Shown in pieces: positions 32,919-35,177 of a DNA stretch of 35,177 bases (positions are counted from its first letter, which is position 1; each line of letters opens with the position of its first letter). The notes beneath the pieces are model-generated. The model searched no databases and was not told where the DNA came from. It was given only the letters and a program-made list of their open reading frames with translations. The DNA is from Octopus bimaculoides (Eukaryota). Position numbers and translations under genes: made by a program. Where the stretch lies: assembly GCF_001194135.2 (NCBI RefSeq), contig NC_069002.1, forward strand, positions 27,550,440-27,585,616, in the 5' to 3' direction.

Positions 32919-33103
32919 CACTTAAAAGATTTAAGTCACTGAAATCCTCAACAGCTACAAAAGCAGTTTTATTGCGAACACCAGAACAACCTGTGTCATT
33001 CTTGTGCTGCTTAACACAGGTTAACGAGCAGGTTTGCTTTGAACAACAAGGACACCTGTATTTAAATGGTTGCTTCTGGCAGACATCACATTTGGCAATT
33101 TCA
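32919..33103 (-). CDS. ZNHIT6: ZNHIT6/BCD1 exon 2, zf-HIT domain
   Basis: tttttag| EIAKCDVCQKQPFKYRCPCCSKQTCSLTCVKQHKNDTGCSGVRNKTAFVAVEDFSDLNLLS G|GTGAGT, 185 nt. It has a zf-HIT Cys pattern followed by the BCD1-type C.GVR.KTA...NLLS motif. Confidence 0.95.
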
Positions 33104-33361
33104 CTAAAAATGCAAAAATATATTCGGTAATTTAATAACAATACCTGGAACTTTAATTTAATTAACTGGTAATCAACAACCAATCATTAATAAAATTGTA
33201 AAGAGGGACAGCTGCTTGCTTATCAAATGATATTCCTTTGACCCTTCAGCATTTAGACCAGCCAGATCCAGCCCATATATTCTACCTGTTTTACGTTCAA
33301 ACTGACCAGATCTGGCCCCTCACACCGACCCTACAATATTGTTCTAAAAATTAAGTTACAC

Positions 33362-33752
33362 TTTTACTCGTTTCAGCCATTTGACTGTGGCCATGCTGGA
33401 GCACCACCTTAAGGTTTTCTTTTTTTAAATCAAACAAATTGACCCCAAGACTTATTTTTAAGCCTAGTATCCACTCTATCAATCATTTTACCGAACCGCT
33501 AAGTTATGGGGATGTAAACACACCAACACCAGTTAAGTGGTAATGGGGTGGACAAACGCAGACACAAAAACACATGCACACACACACACATATAACAGGC
33601 TTCTTTCAGTTTCCATCTACCAAATCCACTCACAAGGCAAAGGTCAGCCTGAGGCTATAGTAGAAGACATTTGCCCAAGGTGCTACACAGTGGGACTGAA
33701 CCCAGAACCATGTGTTTGGGAAGCAAGCTTTTTATCACACAGCAACGCCTGT
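33362..33752 (-). mobile_element. SINE family C in ZNHIT6 intron 1
   Basis: Reverse-complement similarity to 21582-21930. Confidence 0.8.
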
Positions 33753-34388
33753 CTGAAAACTATAAGACAACGTATAATTAATTTAAAACAGCTATTCCAA
33801 AACTCCATCTACATTTGTTATATTACAAACTTGTTTATATTAAAACAAAATCACCTGCTATTTTTTTCATTTTTATTTATTTAATATTAGAATTTAGGCT
33901 AGTTGAAATATGGGTAAAAATTTACCGAAATACGTTTGTGACATATTACAACTGCTAAAAAGTAAATACACTGGAGTTACCGAAGAGAAAACATGGTAAG
34001 GTGTGAAAACAGAGTAAATATGTTGTTCGTTATAATATCCATTAAGGAGGCGAACACTAATTATAAATATTAAACCACCCAGCTAGAACTTTTTAGACTA
34101 TCTTATCTTTCGCTTTAATGACATGTAAGTATGGGGTTAAAATTAAAGAAAATTAAGTCAGTGAAATATGACAAATATTTAATTATTGTCCCATGTCGCT
34201 CAGATGGAAAATTTTAATTTCAATAAATTTATATCGAGTCAATAGCAGAGAAAATAAAACAGCAAAAGCCATAATTAATATTTACAATGTTTATCTTTGA
34301 TTACATACAATAAATATTATTATATTTCAGTGAGTAAAATGTAAAACCATAATGACAAACTACACAAATAGAGACATAATTAAATTAC

Positions 34389-34402
34389 CTTAGAGACGTC
34401 AT
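34389..34402 (-). CDS. ZNHIT6: ZNHIT6/BCD1 exon 1, coding part (MTSL + AG)
   Basis: ATG ACG TCT CTA AG|GTAATT. The phase-2 donor matches the phase-2 acceptor of exon 2 (AG|T = Ser). There is an in-frame TAA upstream, and the flank is CpG-enriched. Confidence 0.7.
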
Positions 34403-34442
34403 TTGGGGAACCTTGCAGGAAATTGTTTACATTAAACGGTTT

Positions 34443-34469
34443 CCACGTGGTCGAATTTAACGCATGCGT
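34443..34469. promoter_or_regulatory. Candidate ZNHIT6 proximal elements: E-box CCACGTGG and NRF1-like palindrome ACGCATGCGT
   Basis: Two palindromes at 34443-34450 and 34460-34469, 40-70 nt upstream of the ATG in a locally CpG-rich patch. Confidence 0.45.
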
Positions 34470-34796
34470 GAAGCATCTCTATTCAGACAGTTTTACGTTC
34501 CACACTAATATATATCCACTTTATTCGATACTTTTTCTCAAACTTTTCTTTAATTATCACCTCTTTTTACTTAATAACACATTTTTGATATTCCTTTGCT
34601 AAAATACAATGCTTCCACACAAGTTTTAAAGTAGATACACATAATATCAGGTCAGAGTAATTTAGTTCCGGGTATTAGTTTAACGAGGATAACTACTTAC
34701 CACAACACCGTTCTATCTATAAGCACATGCCATAAGAACATGTGGTGCGTAAAGGCAGATACAGACTGTGGACAGTATTCGTTCACAATTTTCAAC

Positions 34797-35166
34797 TCTT
34801 TTACTTGTTTCAGTCATTTGACTGTGGCCATGCTGGAGCACCGCCTTTAGTCGAGCAAATCGACCCCAGGACTTATTCTTTGGAAGCCTAGTACTTATTC
34901 TATCGGTTCTCTTTTGCTGAACCGCTATACTACGGGGACATAAACACACCACCATTGGTTGTCAAGCGATGGTGGGGGGACAAACACAGACACACAAACA
35001 TATATACGACGGGCTTCTTTCAGTTTCCATCTACCAAATCCACTAACAAGGCTTTGGTCGGCCCGAGGCTATAGTAGAAGACACTTGCCCAAGGTGCCAC
35101 GCAATGGGACTGAATCCAGAACCATGTGGTTGGCAAGCAAGCTACTTACCACACAGCCACTCCTGC
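34797..35166 (-). mobile_element. SINE family C, near full length
   Basis: Reverse-complement similarity to 21582-21930. Confidence 0.85.
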
Positions 35167-35177
35167 TAATTTTACGC

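Noticed and set aside
21333-34402. Intronic box C/D snoRNA inside ZNHIT6
   Set aside because: By eye I found no RTGATGA...CTGA pair of suitable spacing with a terminal stem on the sense strand. A snoscan or Infernal run would be decisive.
1-35177. CRISPR array or prokaryotic systems
   Set aside because: There are no regularly spaced repeats with unique spacers, and the window is intron-containing eukaryotic DNA.

Overview
AT-rich, microsatellite-laden eukaryotic DNA with many N gaps. The repeat content points to a coleoid cephalopod, probably an Octopus draft scaffold; this is an inference from the repeats, not a database result. The one well-supported gene is a minus-strand ZNHIT6/BCD1 homologue (box C/D snoRNP assembly factor). 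I reconstructed seven coding exons by hand between 34402 and 21333, with consistent splice phases, a stop codon and an AATAAA signal; one internal exon is missing and probably lies in an N gap. Most of the rest is repeats: tRNA-derived SINEs, RTE-clade LINE fragments, three Tc1/mariner-superfamily remnants, a decayed Penelope-like element (PLE) with terminal repeats, palindromes and microsatellites. The most interesting signal is a set of hammerhead-ribozyme-like motifs in at least four different repeat contexts, most of them next to PLE pieces; the one at 3835-3895 has a complete core. Also notable are near-perfect inverted repeat pairs bracketing ZNHIT6 exons. Most ORFs in the supplied track are microsatellite or N-run artefacts. 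There is no CRISPR, rRNA or true tRNA gene. Repeat boundaries are approximate, and all similarity calls come from manual translation and recalled motifs.
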